Below, piece after piece: positions 39,283-50,878 of a DNA stretch of 64,000 nucleotides. Source of the DNA: a phage; assembly GCA_024790105.1 (NCBI GenBank), contig GCA_024790105.1_3053.1. The stretch is one strand, 5' to 3'. Positions within the stretch are counted from its first letter, which is position 1. Each line of letters starts with the position of its first letter. The notes beneath the pieces were generated by a model. The model did no database searches, had not been told where the DNA came from, and saw nothing but the letters and a program-made list of their open reading frames with translations. The position numbers and the translations under genes were made by a program.

Positions 39283-41262
39283 ATGACTTTATTATCTCCG
39301 GGCATTGAGCTCAAAGAAACTACGGTTCAAAGCACCGTGGTTAATAACTCTACTGGTACAGCAGCTTTGGCCGGTAAATTCCAGTGGGGTCCTGCTTTTC
39401 AAATTAAACAGGTTACAAATGAAGTAGATTTAGTTAATACTTTTGGTCAACCTACAGCTGAAACTGCTGACTATTTTATGTCTGCAATGAATTTCTTACA
39501 ATACGGAAATGATTTGCGAGTTGTGCGTGCTGTCGATAGAGATACCGCTAAAAACTCATCTCCGATTGCCGGTAATATTGAATACACTATTTCTACCCCA
39601 GGTAGTAACTACGCGGTTGGAGATAAAATCACGGTTAAGTATGTTTCAGAAGATGTTGAAACAGAATGTAAAGTTACCGAAGTAGATGCTGATGGAAAAA
39701 TTAAGAAAATTAATATTCCTACCGCAAAAATTATCGCTAAAGCTAAAGAAGTCGGTGAATATCCAGAATTAGGTTCTAACTGGACTGTGGAAATTTCTTC
39801 ATCTTCCTCTGGTTTAGCTGCAGTAATAACTCTTGGAAAAATTATTACTGATTCTGGTATTTTATTAGCTGAAATTGAAAATGCTGAAGCTGCCATGACA
39901 GCGGTTGACTTTCAAGCAAATCTCGAAAAATATGGAATTCCAGGAGTAGTAGCTCTTTATCCAGGCGAATTAGGCGATAAAATTGAAATTGAAATCGTAT
40001 CTAAAGCTGACTATGCAAAAGGAGCTTCTGCATTACTCCCAATTTATCCAGGTGGTGGTACTCGTGCATCTACTGCTAAAGCAGTGTTTGGATATGGACC
40101 ACAAACTGATTCACAGTACGCTATTATAGTTCGTCGTAATGATGCTATTGTTCAAAGCGTTGTTCTTTCAACTAAGCGTGGTGAAAAAGATATTTACGAT
40201 AGTAACATCTATATCGATGACTTTTTCGCAAAAGGTGGTTCAGAATATATTTTTGCAACTGCACAAAACTGGCCAGAAGGCTTCTCTGGAATTTTAACTC
40301 TGTCTGGTGGATTATCATCAAATGCTGAAGTAACAGCAGGAGATTTGATGGAAGCTTGGGACTTCTTTGCTGACCGTGAATCTGTTGACGTTCAACTGTT
40401 TATTGCGGGTTCTTGTGCCGGTGAATCTTTAGAAACAGCATCTACTGTCCAAAAACATGTTGTTTCAATCGGGGATGCTCGTCAAGATTGCTTAGTATTG
40501 TGCTCTCCTCCGCGTGAAACTGTAGTTGGAATTCCTGTAACTCGTGCTGTTGATAACTTAGTCAATTGGAGAACTGCAGCAGGTTCATACACTGATAATA
40601 ACTTTAATATCAGTTCAACCTACGCAGCAATCGACGGCAACTACAAATATCAGTATGACAAATACAATGATGTCAATCGCTGGGTTCCATTAGCAGCTGA
40701 TATTGCCGGTTTATGTGCAAGAACCGATAACGTTTCTCAGACTTGGATGTCTCCAGCTGGTTATAATCGCGGCCAGATTCTTAACGTTATTAAACTTGCT
40801 ATTGAAACTCGCCAAGCTCAGCGCGACCGTTTATACCAAGAAGCTATCAACCCAGTGACTGGTACAGGTGGTGATGGTTACGTATTATATGGTGATAAAA
40901 CAGCTACTTCTGTTCCTTCTCCATTTGATCGTATTAACGTTCGTCGTCTGTTTAATATGTTGAAAACGAATATCGGACGTAGTTCAAAATATCGTTTGTT
41001 CGAATTAAACAACGCGTTTACTCGTTCATCATTCCGCACAGAAACTGCCCAATACTTACAGGGAATTAAAGCTCTCGGCGGAATTTATGAATATCGTGTA
41101 GTTTGCGATACAACAAATAACACTCCGTCAGTAATTGATAGAAATGAGTTTGTTGCAACATTCTACATCCAACCGGCGCGCAGTATAAATTATATTACTT
41201 TGAATTTCGTCGCAACTGCTACTGGCGCAGATTTCGATGAGTTAACTGGTCTTGCAGGTTAA
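39283..41262 (+). CDS. 18: gp18 tail sheath protein
   Basis: 659 aa, as T4 gp18. Confidence 0.95.
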   Translation: MTLLSPGIELKETTVQSTVVNNSTGTAALAGKFQWGPAFQIKQVTNEVDLVNTFGQPTAETADYFMSAMNFLQYGNDLRVVRAVDRDTAKNSSPIAGNIEYTISTPGSNYAVGDKITVKYVSEDVETECKVTEVDADGKIKKINIPTAKIIAKAKEVGEYPELGSNWTVEISSSSSGLAAVITLGKIITDSGILLAEIENAEAAMTAVDFQANLEKYGIPGVVALYPGELGDKIEIEIVSKADYAKGASALLPIYPGGGTRASTAKAVFGYGPQTDSQYAIIVRRNDAIVQSVVLSTKRGEKDIYDSNIYIDDFFAKGGSEYIFATAQNWPEGFSGILTLSGGLSSNAEVTAGDLMEAWDFFADRESVDVQLFIAGSCAGESLETASTVQKHVVSIGDARQDCLVLCSPPRETVVGIPVTRAVDNLVNWRTAAGSYTDNNFNISSTYAAIDGNYKYQYDKYNDVNRWVPLAADIAGLCARTDNVSQTWMSPAGYNRGQILNVIKLAIETRQAQRDRLYQEAINPVTGTGGDGYVLYGDKTATSVPSPFDRINVRRLFNMLKTNIGRSSKYRLFELNNAFTRSSFRTETAQYLQGIKALGGIYEYRVVCDTTNNTPSVIDRNEFVATFYIQPARSINYITLNFVATATGADFDELTGLAG

Positions 41263-41269
41263 TTGATAT

Positions 41270-41285
41270 GGGGGCTTCGGCCCCT
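41270..41285 (+). promoter_or_regulatory. UUCG-tetraloop hairpin between gene 18 and the HNH gene
   Basis: gggggcttcggccccta hairpin 8 nt after the gp18 stop and just upstream of the HNH SD. Confidence 0.45.
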
Positions 41286-41301
41286 ATTCTCGAGGAATCA
41301 A

Positions 41302-41919
41302 GTGATTATTTCTAAATTTATTAAAGTGAAAATTGTACCATCAAATTTTAAACATTATCAATCAAAGGGTTATAAATTAACACCTCTTGGAGCGGTTAAA
41401 CATGGATTTAGGTATTATGAAATTGATGTTAAAGTTGAAGACATTAAAGGTAGTACCGCGTATGTAAAATGCCGTTGCGATAAATGTGGAATTGAATATA
41501 ACCAACGCATTGGAAGAAACACTGATATTTGTCGTGATTGCCGTCATAAAGATAAAATGCGCAATAATTCATATGGTTCCGCGAATAAAGGAAAAACAGT
41601 AGAATGTATGCATGGCGTAAATCATCCAAGATGGAACCCAAATAAATCTGAAATGTGTGAATATATTTCATTGGTATATAAAGAAACTCGTAAGCATAAG
41701 AAAATTTGGTCAAAATGGCCAAATGCTGATAAAATAGGAGTGTGTGGTACAAAAGGCGCTTACCAACTTGATCATAAGGTATCTATCAAATACGGTTTTG
41801 ATAATTTAATTCCTGCTAAAATAATTGGCGGTATTAATAATTTAGAAATAATCACTTGGGAATCTAACCGAGAAAAATCAAAAAGAAATAGTGTAGATCT
41901 TTGGGATTTACTAGAATGA
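41302..41919 (+). CDS. HNH homing endonuclease inserted between genes 18 and 19
   Basis: motif QLDHKVSIKYGFDNLIPAKIIGGINNLEIITWESNREKS plus Cys4 zinc motifs; no in-frame ATG near the 5' end, start assigned to GTG at 41302 preceded by GAGGA (alternative TTG at 41263). Confidence 0.7.
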   Translation: MIISKFIKVKIVPSNFKHYQSKGYKLTPLGAVKHGFRYYEIDVKVEDIKGSTAYVKCRCDKCGIEYNQRIGRNTDICRDCRHKDKMRNNSYGSANKGKTVECMHGVNHPRWNPNKSEMCEYISLVYKETRKHKKIWSKWPNADKIGVCGTKGAYQLDHKVSIKYGFDNLIPAKIIGGINNLEIITWESNREKSKRNSVDLWDLLE

Positions 41920-41925
41920 TTCTAA

Positions 41926-41943
41926 GGCCTGTTTCGGCAGGCC
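41926..41943 (+). terminator. hairpin after the HNH gene
   Basis: ggcctg-tttcgg-caggcc dyad immediately before a late promoter. Confidence 0.35.
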
Positions 41944-41944
41944 A

Positions 41945-42011
41945 TATAAATACACTATATCCTTAATTCTTTAATTCTATATGCCCTAGGTTAAACATAG
42001 GGATATAAATA
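41945..42011 (+). promoter_or_regulatory. two late promoters (TATAAATA) upstream of gene 19
   Basis: TATAAATA at 41945-41952 and 42004-42011. Confidence 0.6.
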
Positions 42012-42025
42012 CTACAGAGGCTAAT

Positions 42026-42517
42026 ATGTTTGTAGATGATGTAACACGAGCGTTTGAATCTGGTGATTTTGCTCGACCTAACTTATTCCAAGTAGAAATT
42101 TCTTATCTTGGACAAAATTTTACGTTTCAATGTAAAGCCACTGCTTTACCAGCTGGTATTGTAGAAAAAATTCCAGTCGGATTTATGAACCGTAAAATTA
42201 ATGTAGCAGGCGATCGTACATTCGATGACTGGACTGTTACAGTAATGAACGATGAGGCACATGATGCTCGCCAGAAGTTCGTTGATTGGCAAAGCATTGC
42301 TGCGGGACAAGGAAACGAAATTACTGGTGGAAAACCAGCAGAGTATAAAAAGAGCGCTATCGTTCGTCAATATGCTCGTGACGCTAAAACAGTAACAAAA
42401 GAAATTGAAATTAAAGGTCTGTGGCCTACTAACGTGGGTGAACTTCAATTAGATTGGGATTCAAACAATGAAATCCAAACATTTGAAGTAACTCTTGCTC
42501 TCGATTATTGGGAATAA
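42026..42517 (+). CDS. 19: gp19 tail tube protein
   Basis: 163 aa, as T4 gp19. Confidence 0.95.
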   Translation: MFVDDVTRAFESGDFARPNLFQVEISYLGQNFTFQCKATALPAGIVEKIPVGFMNRKINVAGDRTFDDWTVTVMNDEAHDARQKFVDWQSIAAGQGNEITGGKPAEYKKSAIVRQYARDAKTVTKEIEIKGLWPTNVGELQLDWDSNNEIQTFEVTLALDYWE

Positions 42518-42520
42518 AAT

Positions 42521-42545
42521 GAATGGGGAGAAATCCCCATCCTGC
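42521..42545 (+). terminator. GNRA-tetraloop hairpin after gene 19
   Basis: atgggga-gaaa-tccccat. Confidence 0.4.
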
Positions 42546-42549
42546 TTAA

Positions 42550-44174
<1,625 letters not shown>

Positions 44175-44175
<1 letters not shown>

Positions 44176-44414
44176 TGGAAGGTTTAATTGAAGCTATTAA
44201 ATCAAACGACCTCGTAGCCGCTCGTAAATTATTTGCTGAAGCCATGGCTGCAAGAACGATTGATTTAATTAAAGAAGAAAAAATCGCTATCGCTCGTAAT
44301 TTCTTAATCGAAGGTGAAGAACCTGATGACGAGGATGATGACGAAGACGAAGATGGTGATGATAAAAAAGACAAAGGCTCTGATGAAGATGACGAAGACG
44401 AGGATGATGAATAA
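44175..44414 (+). CDS. 67: gp67 prohead core protein (acidic C-terminus)
   Basis: 79 aa, position between 20 and 68, poly-D/E tail. Confidence 0.85.
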
Positions 44415-44839
44415 TGCTTCTGATCCCTGAAACTCATGAATTAGTTCTCGAGAATGTCGAAGCACTTATTCCTGAAGCACAGGGTCGCTTTGACGAATTG
44501 TCTTCTGCTTTAAATAAAGACGATATAAATACAATTGTCGAGAATATGCTTGATGATGAAACTGATTTAGCGGTTGCATTAGCTTCTATTAATGAAAATA
44601 TGCCGTTAAATGAATTCATCGTTAAACATGTTTCTGCCCGTGGTGAAATTACTCGCACTAAAGACCGCAAAACGCGTGAACGTAATGCATTTCAAACCAC
44701 TGGGTTGTCTAAAGCAAAACGTAGACAAATTGCTCGTAAAGCTACCAAAACGAAGATTGCCAATCCAGCAGGTCAATCTCGTGCTCAGCGTAAGCGTAAA
44801 AAAGCTCTTAAACGCCGTAAAGCATTAGGATTAAGCTAA
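44414..44839 (+). CDS. 68: gp68 prohead core protein
   Basis: 141 aa, as T4 gp68. Confidence 0.85.
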
Positions 44840-45477
44840 TGAATGAACCCCAATTACTAATTGAAACTTGGGGTCAACCTGGCGAAATTATTGATGGCGT
44901 ACCAATGCTTGAATCTCATGATGGAAAAGACTTAGGTTTAAAACCGGGTTTATACATCGAAGGAATATTCATGCAAGCGGAAGTCGTCAATAGAAATAAA
45001 CGTCTTTATCCAAAACGTATATTAGAAAAAGCGGTAAAAGACTATATTAATGAGCAAGTTTTAACTAAACAAGCTCTCGGAGAATTAAATCATCCTCCAC
45101 GCGCTAATGTTGACCCGATGCAAGCCGCTATCATTATAGAAGATATGTGGTGGAAAGGAAATGACGTATACGGACGAGCTCGTGTTATTGAAGGTGACCA
45201 TGGTCCTGGAGATAAATTAGCAGCTAATATTCGTGCCGGATGGATTCCAGGAGTTTCTTCTCGTGGATTAGGTTCATTGACTGACACAAATAAAGGTTAT
45301 CGTATCGTAAACGAAGGATTCAAATTAACTGTAGGTGTTGATGCAGTATGGGGTCCAAGTGCTCCAGATGCATGGGTAACTCCTAAGGAAATTACCGAAT
45401 CACAGACGGCGGAAGCCGATACAAGTGCCGATGACGCCTATATGGCTCTCGCAGAGGCCATGAAAAAAGCGTTATAA
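44839..45477 (+). CDS. 21: gp21 prohead core scaffold / protease
   Basis: 212 aa, as T4 gp21. Confidence 0.9.
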   Translation: MNEPQLLIETWGQPGEIIDGVPMLESHDGKDLGLKPGLYIEGIFMQAEVVNRNKRLYPKRILEKAVKDYINEQVLTKQALGELNHPPRANVDPMQAAIIIEDMWWKGNDVYGRARVIEGDHGPGDKLAANIRAGWIPGVSSRGLGSLTDTNKGYRIVNEGFKLTVGVDAVWGPSAPDAWVTPKEITESQTAEADTSADDAYMALAEAMKKAL

Positions 45478-45480
45478 ATA
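45473..45480 (+). promoter_or_regulatory. late promoter TATAAATA upstream of gene 22
   Basis: TATAAATA overlapping the gp21 stop. Confidence 0.55.
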
Positions 45481-45507
45481 TTATTATCTAAACAACAGGA
45501 CTACAAA

Positions 45508-46317
45508 ATGCTTAAAGAACAACTGATTGCCGAAGCGCAGAAAATTGATGCTTCCGTTGCTCTTGATAGTATTTTCGAATCAGTTAATATTTCTCCGGAA
45601 GCAAAAGAAACTTTCGGCACTGTATTCGAAGCTACCGTCAAGCAGCACGCCGTTAAATTAGCTGAATCTCATATCGCTAAAATTGCTGAAAAAGCAGAAG
45701 AAGAAGTAGAAAAAAATAAAGAAGAAGCCGAAGAAAAAGCTGAGAAGAAAATCGCTGAGCAAGCTTCTAAATTCATTGACCATCTTGCAAAAGAATGGCT
45801 CGCTGAAAATAAATTAGCAGTTGATAAAGGCATCAAAGCCGAACTGTTTGAATCCATGCTTGGTGGATTAAAAGAGCTCTTTGTTGAACACAACGTTGTT
45901 GTTCCAGAAGAATCAGTTGATGTTGTAGCTGAAATGGAAGAAGAACTGCAAGAACATAAAGAAGAATCAGCTCGTCTGTTCGAAGAACTCAATAAGCGTG
46001 ACGCATATATCAATTATGTGCAGCGTGAAGTGGCATTGAGCGAAAGTACTAAAGATCTGACTGAGTCTCAAAAAGAAAAAGTCTCTGCTCTGGTCGAAGG
46101 TATGGATTATTCAGATGCATTCTCAAGTAAATTGAGTGCAATCGTAGAAATGGTGAAGAAATCTAATAAAGATGAAAGCACTATTACTGAGAGTATAAAT
46201 ACTCCTGATACTGAAGCAGCCGGACTGAATTTCGTCACTGAAGCTGTAGAAGATAAATCTGCACAAAGTGCAGAAGATATTGTAAGTGTATATGCGAAAG
46301 TCGCATCTCGTTTCTAA
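45508..46317 (+). CDS. 22: gp22 prohead core scaffold protein
   Basis: 269 aa, coiled-coil, as T4 gp22. Confidence 0.9.
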   Translation: MLKEQLIAEAQKIDASVALDSIFESVNISPEAKETFGTVFEATVKQHAVKLAESHIAKIAEKAEEEVEKNKEEAEEKAEKKIAEQASKFIDHLAKEWLAENKLAVDKGIKAELFESMLGGLKELFVEHNVVVPEESVDVVAEMEEELQEHKEESARLFEELNKRDAYINYVQREVALSESTKDLTESQKEKVSALVEGMDYSDAFSSKLSAIVEMVKKSNKDESTITESINTPDTEAAGLNFVTEAVEDKSAQSAEDIVSVYAKVASRF

Positions 46318-46335
46318 TTTTAAAGGTTAACACAA

Positions 46336-47901
46336 ATGACTATCAAAACTAAAGCTGAACTTTTGAACAAATGGAAGCCATTACTGGAAGGTGAAGGTTT
46401 ACCGGAAATTGCTAATAGCAAACAAGCGATTATCGCTAAAATCTTTGAAAACCAGGAAAAAGATTTCCAGACAGCTCCGGAATATAAAGACGAAAAAATT
46501 GCTCAGGCATTCGGTTCTTTCTTAACAGAAGCTGAAATCGGTGGTGACCACGGTTACAATGCTACTAACATCGCTGCAGGTCAGACTTCTGGCGCAGTAA
46601 CTCAGATTGGCCCAGCTGTTATGGGTATGGTACGTCGTGCTATTCCTAACCTGATTGCTTTCGATATTTGTGGTGTTCAGCCGATGAACAGCCCGACCGG
46701 TCAGGTATTCGCACTGCGTGCAGTATACGGTAAAGACCCAATCGCTGCCGGTGCTAAAGAAGCATTCCACCCAATGTATGGTCCAGATGCAATGTTCTCT
46801 GGTCAGGGTGCTGCTAAGAAATTCACAGCTCTGGCTGCTAGCACACAAACCACAGTAGGTGATATCTATACTCACTTCTTCCAGGACACTGGTACTGTGT
46901 ATCTGCAGGCTTCTGCTCAAGTAACAATTAGTTCTACTGCAGATGATGCAGCTAAATTAGATGCTGAAATTAAGAAACAAATGGAAGCTGGTGCACTGGT
47001 AGAAATCGCTGAAGGTATGGCTACTTCTATCGCTGAACTTCAGGAAAGTTTCAACGGTTCCACCGATAACCCATGGAATGAAATGGGCTTCCGTATCGAT
47101 AAGCAAGTTATTGAAGCTAAATCTCGCCAGCTGAAAGCTGCTTACTCTATCGAATTAGCACAGGACCTCCGCGCTGTTCACGGTATGGATGCTGATGCTG
47201 AACTGTCTGGTATTCTGGCTACCGAAATCATGCTGGAAATCAACCGTGAAGTTGTTGATTGGATTAACTACTCAGCTCAGGTTGGTAAATCTGGTATGAC
47301 CCTGACTCCGGGTTCTAAAGCTGGTGTATTTGACTTCCAGGATCCGATTGATATTCGTGGTGCTCGCTGGGCGGGTGAATCCTTTAAAGCTCTGTTGTTC
47401 CAGATTGACAAAGAAGCAGTTGAAATTGCTCGTCAGACCGGTCGTGGTGAAGGTAACTTCATTATCGCTTCCCGTAACGTAGTTAACGTTCTGGCTTCAG
47501 TTGATACCGGCATTTCTTATGCTGCACAAGGTCTGGCTACCGGCTTTAACACTGATACTACCAAGTCAGTATTTGCTGGTGTTCTGGGTGGTAAATACCG
47601 TGTATATATCGACCAGTATGCTAAACAGGATTATTTCACTGTAGGTTATAAAGGTCCGAACGAAATGGATGCTGGTATTTACTACGCTCCATATGTAGCT
47701 CTGACTCCGCTGCGTGGTTCCGATCCGAAGAACTTCCAACCAGTAATGGGATTCAAAACTCGTTACGGTATCGGTATCAACCCATTTGCAGAATCTGCTG
47801 CTCAGGCTCCGGCTTCTCGCATCCAGAGCGGTATGCCTTCTATTCTGAATAGCCTTGGTAAAAACGCTTACTTCCGCCGTGTATATGTTAAAGGTATCTA
47901 A
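46336..47901 (+). CDS. 23: gp23 major capsid protein
   Basis: 521 aa, as T4 gp23. Confidence 0.97.
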   Translation: MTIKTKAELLNKWKPLLEGEGLPEIANSKQAIIAKIFENQEKDFQTAPEYKDEKIAQAFGSFLTEAEIGGDHGYNATNIAAGQTSGAVTQIGPAVMGMVRRAIPNLIAFDICGVQPMNSPTGQVFALRAVYGKDPIAAGAKEAFHPMYGPDAMFSGQGAAKKFTALAASTQTTVGDIYTHFFQDTGTVYLQASAQVTISSTADDAAKLDAEIKKQMEAGALVEIAEGMATSIAELQESFNGSTDNPWNEMGFRIDKQVIEAKSRQLKAAYSIELAQDLRAVHGMDADAELSGILATEIMLEINREVVDWINYSAQVGKSGMTLTPGSKAGVFDFQDPIDIRGARWAGESFKALLFQIDKEAVEIARQTGRGEGNFIIASRNVVNVLASVDTGISYAAQGLATGFNTDTTKSVFAGVLGGKYRVYIDQYAKQDYFTVGYKGPNEMDAGIYYAPYVALTPLRGSDPKNFQPVMGFKTRYGIGINPFAESAAQAPASRIQSGMPSILNSLGKNAYFRRVYVKGI

Positions 47902-47916
47902 TCTTTGACGATTTAA

Positions 47917-47945
47917 GGGACCTTCGGGTCCCTTTAGTTGTTTTT
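47917..47945 (+). terminator. rho-independent terminator after gene 23
   Basis: gggacc-ttcg-ggtccc hairpin followed by TTTAGTTGTTTTT. Confidence 0.7.
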
Positions 47946-47949
47946 ATGG

Positions 47950-47957
47950 TATAAATA
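47950..47957 (+). promoter_or_regulatory. late promoter TATAAATA upstream of gene 24
   Basis: exact TATAAATA 28 nt upstream of the gp24 start. Confidence 0.6.
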
Positions 47958-47984
47958 AATCATATAAACCAAAAGGAAAGCGCA

Positions 47985-49265
47985 ATGGCTAAAATCAACG
48001 AACTTCTGCGCGAATCAACCACAACGAACAGCAACTCAATCGGTCGCCCAAATCTCGTTGCTTTGACTCGCGCTACCACTAAATTAATATATTCTGACAT
48101 TGTAGCAACGCAAAGAACTAATCAACCTGTTGCTGCTTTTTATGGTATCAAATACCTTAACCCAGACAATGAATTTACATTTAAAACTGGTGCTACTTAT
48201 GCTGGCGAAGCTGGATATGTAGACCGAGAACAAATCACAGAATTAACAGAAGAGTCTAAATTAACTCTCAATAAAGGCGATTTATTCAAATATAATAATA
48301 TCGTTTATAAAGTATTAGAAGATACACCATTTGCTACCATTGAAGAAAGCGATTTAGAATTAGCTCTTCAGATTGCAATTGTTCTTTTAAAGGTTCGTCT
48401 ATTTTCTGACGCAGCGTCAACGAGCAAATTTGAAAGCTCTGATAGCGAAATTGCGGATGCTAGATTCCAGATTAATAAATGGCAAACCGCAGTTAAATCT
48501 CGTAAACTTAAAACTGGCATCACAGTTGAATTGGCTCAAGATTTAGAAGCAAACGGATTCGACGCTCCTAATTTCCTGGAAGATTTGCTTGCAACCGAAA
48601 TGGCGGATGAAATCAATAAAGATATTTTACAATCTTTGATTACCGTATCAAAACGCTACAAAGTTACAGGAATCACTGATACTGGATTTATTGATTTGAG
48701 TTATGCATCTGCTCCTGAAGCAGGTCGTTCATTATACCGAATGGTATGTGAAATGGTTTCACATATCCAAAAAGAATCAACTTATACAGCAACATTTTGT
48801 GTAGCTTCAGCTCGCGCTGCTGCGATTCTTGCTGCATCAGGTTGGTTAAAACATAAACCGGAAGACGATAAATATCTTTCACAAAATGCTTACGGGTTCT
48901 TAGCTAATGGTTTACCGCTTTATTGCGATACTAACAGTCCATTAGATTATGTGATCGTTGGCGTAGTAGAAAATATCGGTGAAAAAGAAATTGTTGGATC
49001 AATTTTCTATGCTCCGTATACAGAAGGTCTCGACTTAGATGACCCGGAACATGTTGGTGCATTTAAAGTTGTAGTTGATCCAGAAAGCTTGCAACCGTCT
49101 ATTGGTTTATTGGTTAGATATGCTTTATCTGCGAATCCTTACACAGTAGCAAAAGACGAAAAAGAAGCTAGAATAATTGATGGCGGGGACATGGATAAAA
49201 TGGCAGGACGTTCAGACTTGTCTGTTTTACTTGGTGTTAAATTGCCTAAAATTATTATAGATTAA
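47985..49265 (+). CDS. 24: gp24 capsid vertex protein
   Basis: 426 aa, capsid-fold paralog; no segD between 23 and 24 here. Confidence 0.9.
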   Translation: MAKINELLRESTTTNSNSIGRPNLVALTRATTKLIYSDIVATQRTNQPVAAFYGIKYLNPDNEFTFKTGATYAGEAGYVDREQITELTEESKLTLNKGDLFKYNNIVYKVLEDTPFATIEESDLELALQIAIVLLKVRLFSDAASTSKFESSDSEIADARFQINKWQTAVKSRKLKTGITVELAQDLEANGFDAPNFLEDLLATEMADEINKDILQSLITVSKRYKVTGITDTGFIDLSYASAPEAGRSLYRMVCEMVSHIQKESTYTATFCVASARAAAILAASGWLKHKPEDDKYLSQNAYGFLANGLPLYCDTNSPLDYVIVGVVENIGEKEIVGSIFYAPYTEGLDLDDPEHVGAFKVVVDPESLQPSIGLLVRYALSANPYTVAKDEKEARIIDGGDMDKMAGRSDLSVLLGVKLPKIIID

Positions 49266-49266
49266 T

Positions 49267-49293
49267 AAAAGGGACCGTAAGGTCCCTTTTTTT
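49267..49293. terminator. bidirectional rho-independent terminator between gene 24 (+) and rnlB (-)
   Basis: AAAA-gggacc-gtaa-ggtccc-TTTTTTT, A-run and T-run flank the stem. Confidence 0.7.
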
Positions 49294-49295
49294 CG

Positions 49296-50300
49296 TTATG
49301 ATACTAATTCAATCCATGCAGGACGAAGTACATCTTGTACCATTTTAACTAATTCCTTTTTAACCAAAGAAGGATTATCCGCTTGAGTTAGAGTAATACC
49401 TTCACGAGAAGTTTCTTCCAAAATATCTTGAACAGTTAGTCCCATCACCTTTCCAAAATCTTTTGGACCAATTTCACCAATTTTAGAAATAACGTTATTT
49501 ACTCGGTTCAGTGTAACGTAACAAGCTAAAATTCCCACCAATTTGTTATCAGCTTCTGACAGTTCAACTTTAGCTTTAATAGGCTTATCAGACTTTTTCT
49601 TTTCACTAAATTTAGAGTTCTTGCATTTAATTGCTACACGATTGCCATTAGGCATCCAAGAAGGATAACAAGGTTTCAATACATATCCTTCAGCGGTAAA
49701 TACTTCGCCTTTTGCTTCGGCATTCCAAACGCATTTATTTGCATCAACTAATCCAGCATGGTCTACTGTAAAATTATAATCTTGGACGACAGAATCTAAA
49801 TCATTTGGCAATTTAATAAGCTCTTCAAATTTACCGCGACCTAAAAGTGGAGCAATTTTAAATTTAAATGTATTGCAGAATGATTCCATCATATAATCAT
49901 CGACATAAGTCACGTCACCACTTTCCGTAGTAACAATAATGTCAAATACATAGAAATCTTTATCACCATAATCAACATTCTTCTGAATGCCAGGCCCAGC
50001 GAATTCACCAAAGACTTGATAAGATACAACTGCTGAAGTTTCCATAATATCTTGTACTGCTTTAATGGAATCAGCGTAATTCTTTAGAATAATTTCATAC
50101 CCAAAGAAATCTTCAGCAGGAAGAATAGGACCAGTACGTTTAGCGCAAGTTACTTTATCACGCTCAATAATTAATGAGAAATTTGTGCCGTGAATCTTTT
50201 CACGAGCTACCCACTCCCCACCAGTCAATCCCAAGCTATAAAGTTTTTCAATGAATTTAGAATTGTAATGATTTTCAAGACTGCTATACTTTTTAAACAT
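49296..50300 (-). CDS. rnlB: RNA ligase 2
   Basis: 334 aa; ligase motif KIHGTN; position after gene 24. Confidence 0.9.
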   Translation of the reverse strand: MFKKYSSLENHYNSKFIEKLYSLGLTGGEWVAREKIHGTNFSLIIERDKVTCAKRTGPILPAEDFFGYEIILKNYADSIKAVQDIMETSAVVSYQVFGEFAGPGIQKNVDYGDKDFYVFDIIVTTESGDVTYVDDYMMESFCNTFKFKIAPLLGRGKFEELIKLPNDLDSVVQDYNFTVDHAGLVDANKCVWNAEAKGEVFTAEGYVLKPCYPSWMPNGNRVAIKCKNSKFSEKKKSDKPIKAKVELSEADNKLVGILACYVTLNRVNNVISKIGEIGPKDFGKVMGLTVQDILEETSREGITLTQADNPSLVKKELVKMVQDVLRPAWIELVS

Positions 50301-50309
50301 AATTAATCC

Positions 50310-50588
50310 TCAAAATGTAATTTCTAACCAATCACCATCACGCTGATCACTATTGACTTTAAAGCTAAATCCTTCTTTTCTCAGCCAATCACCAATTTCT
50401 TCAGTAATCAATTTATCGCGAGCAGTACAATAATAACTAAAATATGTTTTACCTTGTTCAGCTGCTTTATTAGCAAGTTCTGAAAAATCTTTAATAAAAC
50501 ACTCTAGCTTAAACTGTTTACTTTTTAATGCTTTTTCACGTAATTGATTAGCAAAAGATTCATTTTCATAAAGATCATACTGTTCCAT
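50310..50588 (-). CDS. hypothetical protein (24.2 position)
   Basis: 92-aa ORF. Confidence 0.5.
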   Translation of the reverse strand: MEQYDLYENESFANQLREKALKSKQFKLECFIKDFSELANKAAEQGKTYFSYYCTARDKLITEEIGDWLRKEGFSFKVNSDQRDGDWLEITF

Positions 50589-50790
50589 TTTTCACCTTTT
50601 TATTGATATGTCTTTTTCTATAGACAACTTTTTCTCGAGTTTCAAATTTATTCTTAGCAGTCATAGCTCGAGCCCATAATACAGCCACTTCTTTCGCCTG
50701 TAAGTTTAATTCACGAGCAATTTCAATGAATGACTTTCCAGACTCATGAAGAGTAAACACCACAACCTCAGTTCTCATAATCAATCTCAT
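50575..50790 (-). CDS. hypothetical protein (24.3 position)
   Basis: 71-aa ORF. Confidence 0.5.
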   Translation of the reverse strand: MRLIMRTEVVVFTLHESGKSFIEIARELNLQAKEVAVLWARAMTAKNKFETREKVVYRKRHINKKVKNGTV

Positions 50791-50845
50791 GTTATCGAGT
50801 TGGTGCCATTATATACAACATTTTCTGATTGTGTTTTGTGTGCTT

Positions 50846-50874
50846 TCAAAATGAAGAAAGGGGCCGAAGCCCCT
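50846..50874 (-). terminator. rho-independent terminator after hoc
   Basis: minus strand aggggc-ttcg-gcccct followed by a T-rich tract. Confidence 0.6.
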
Positions 50875-50878
50875 ACGA

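Noticed and set aside
39609-39896. 95-aa minus-strand ORF inside gene 18
   Set aside because: Antisense to the tail sheath gene.
45669-46013. 114-aa Ser-rich minus-strand ORF
   Set aside because: Antisense to gp22 (Glu/Ala/Lys-rich scaffold); low-complexity artefact.
46522-46920. 132-aa minus-strand ORF inside gene 23
   Set aside because: Antisense to the major capsid gene; no independent support.
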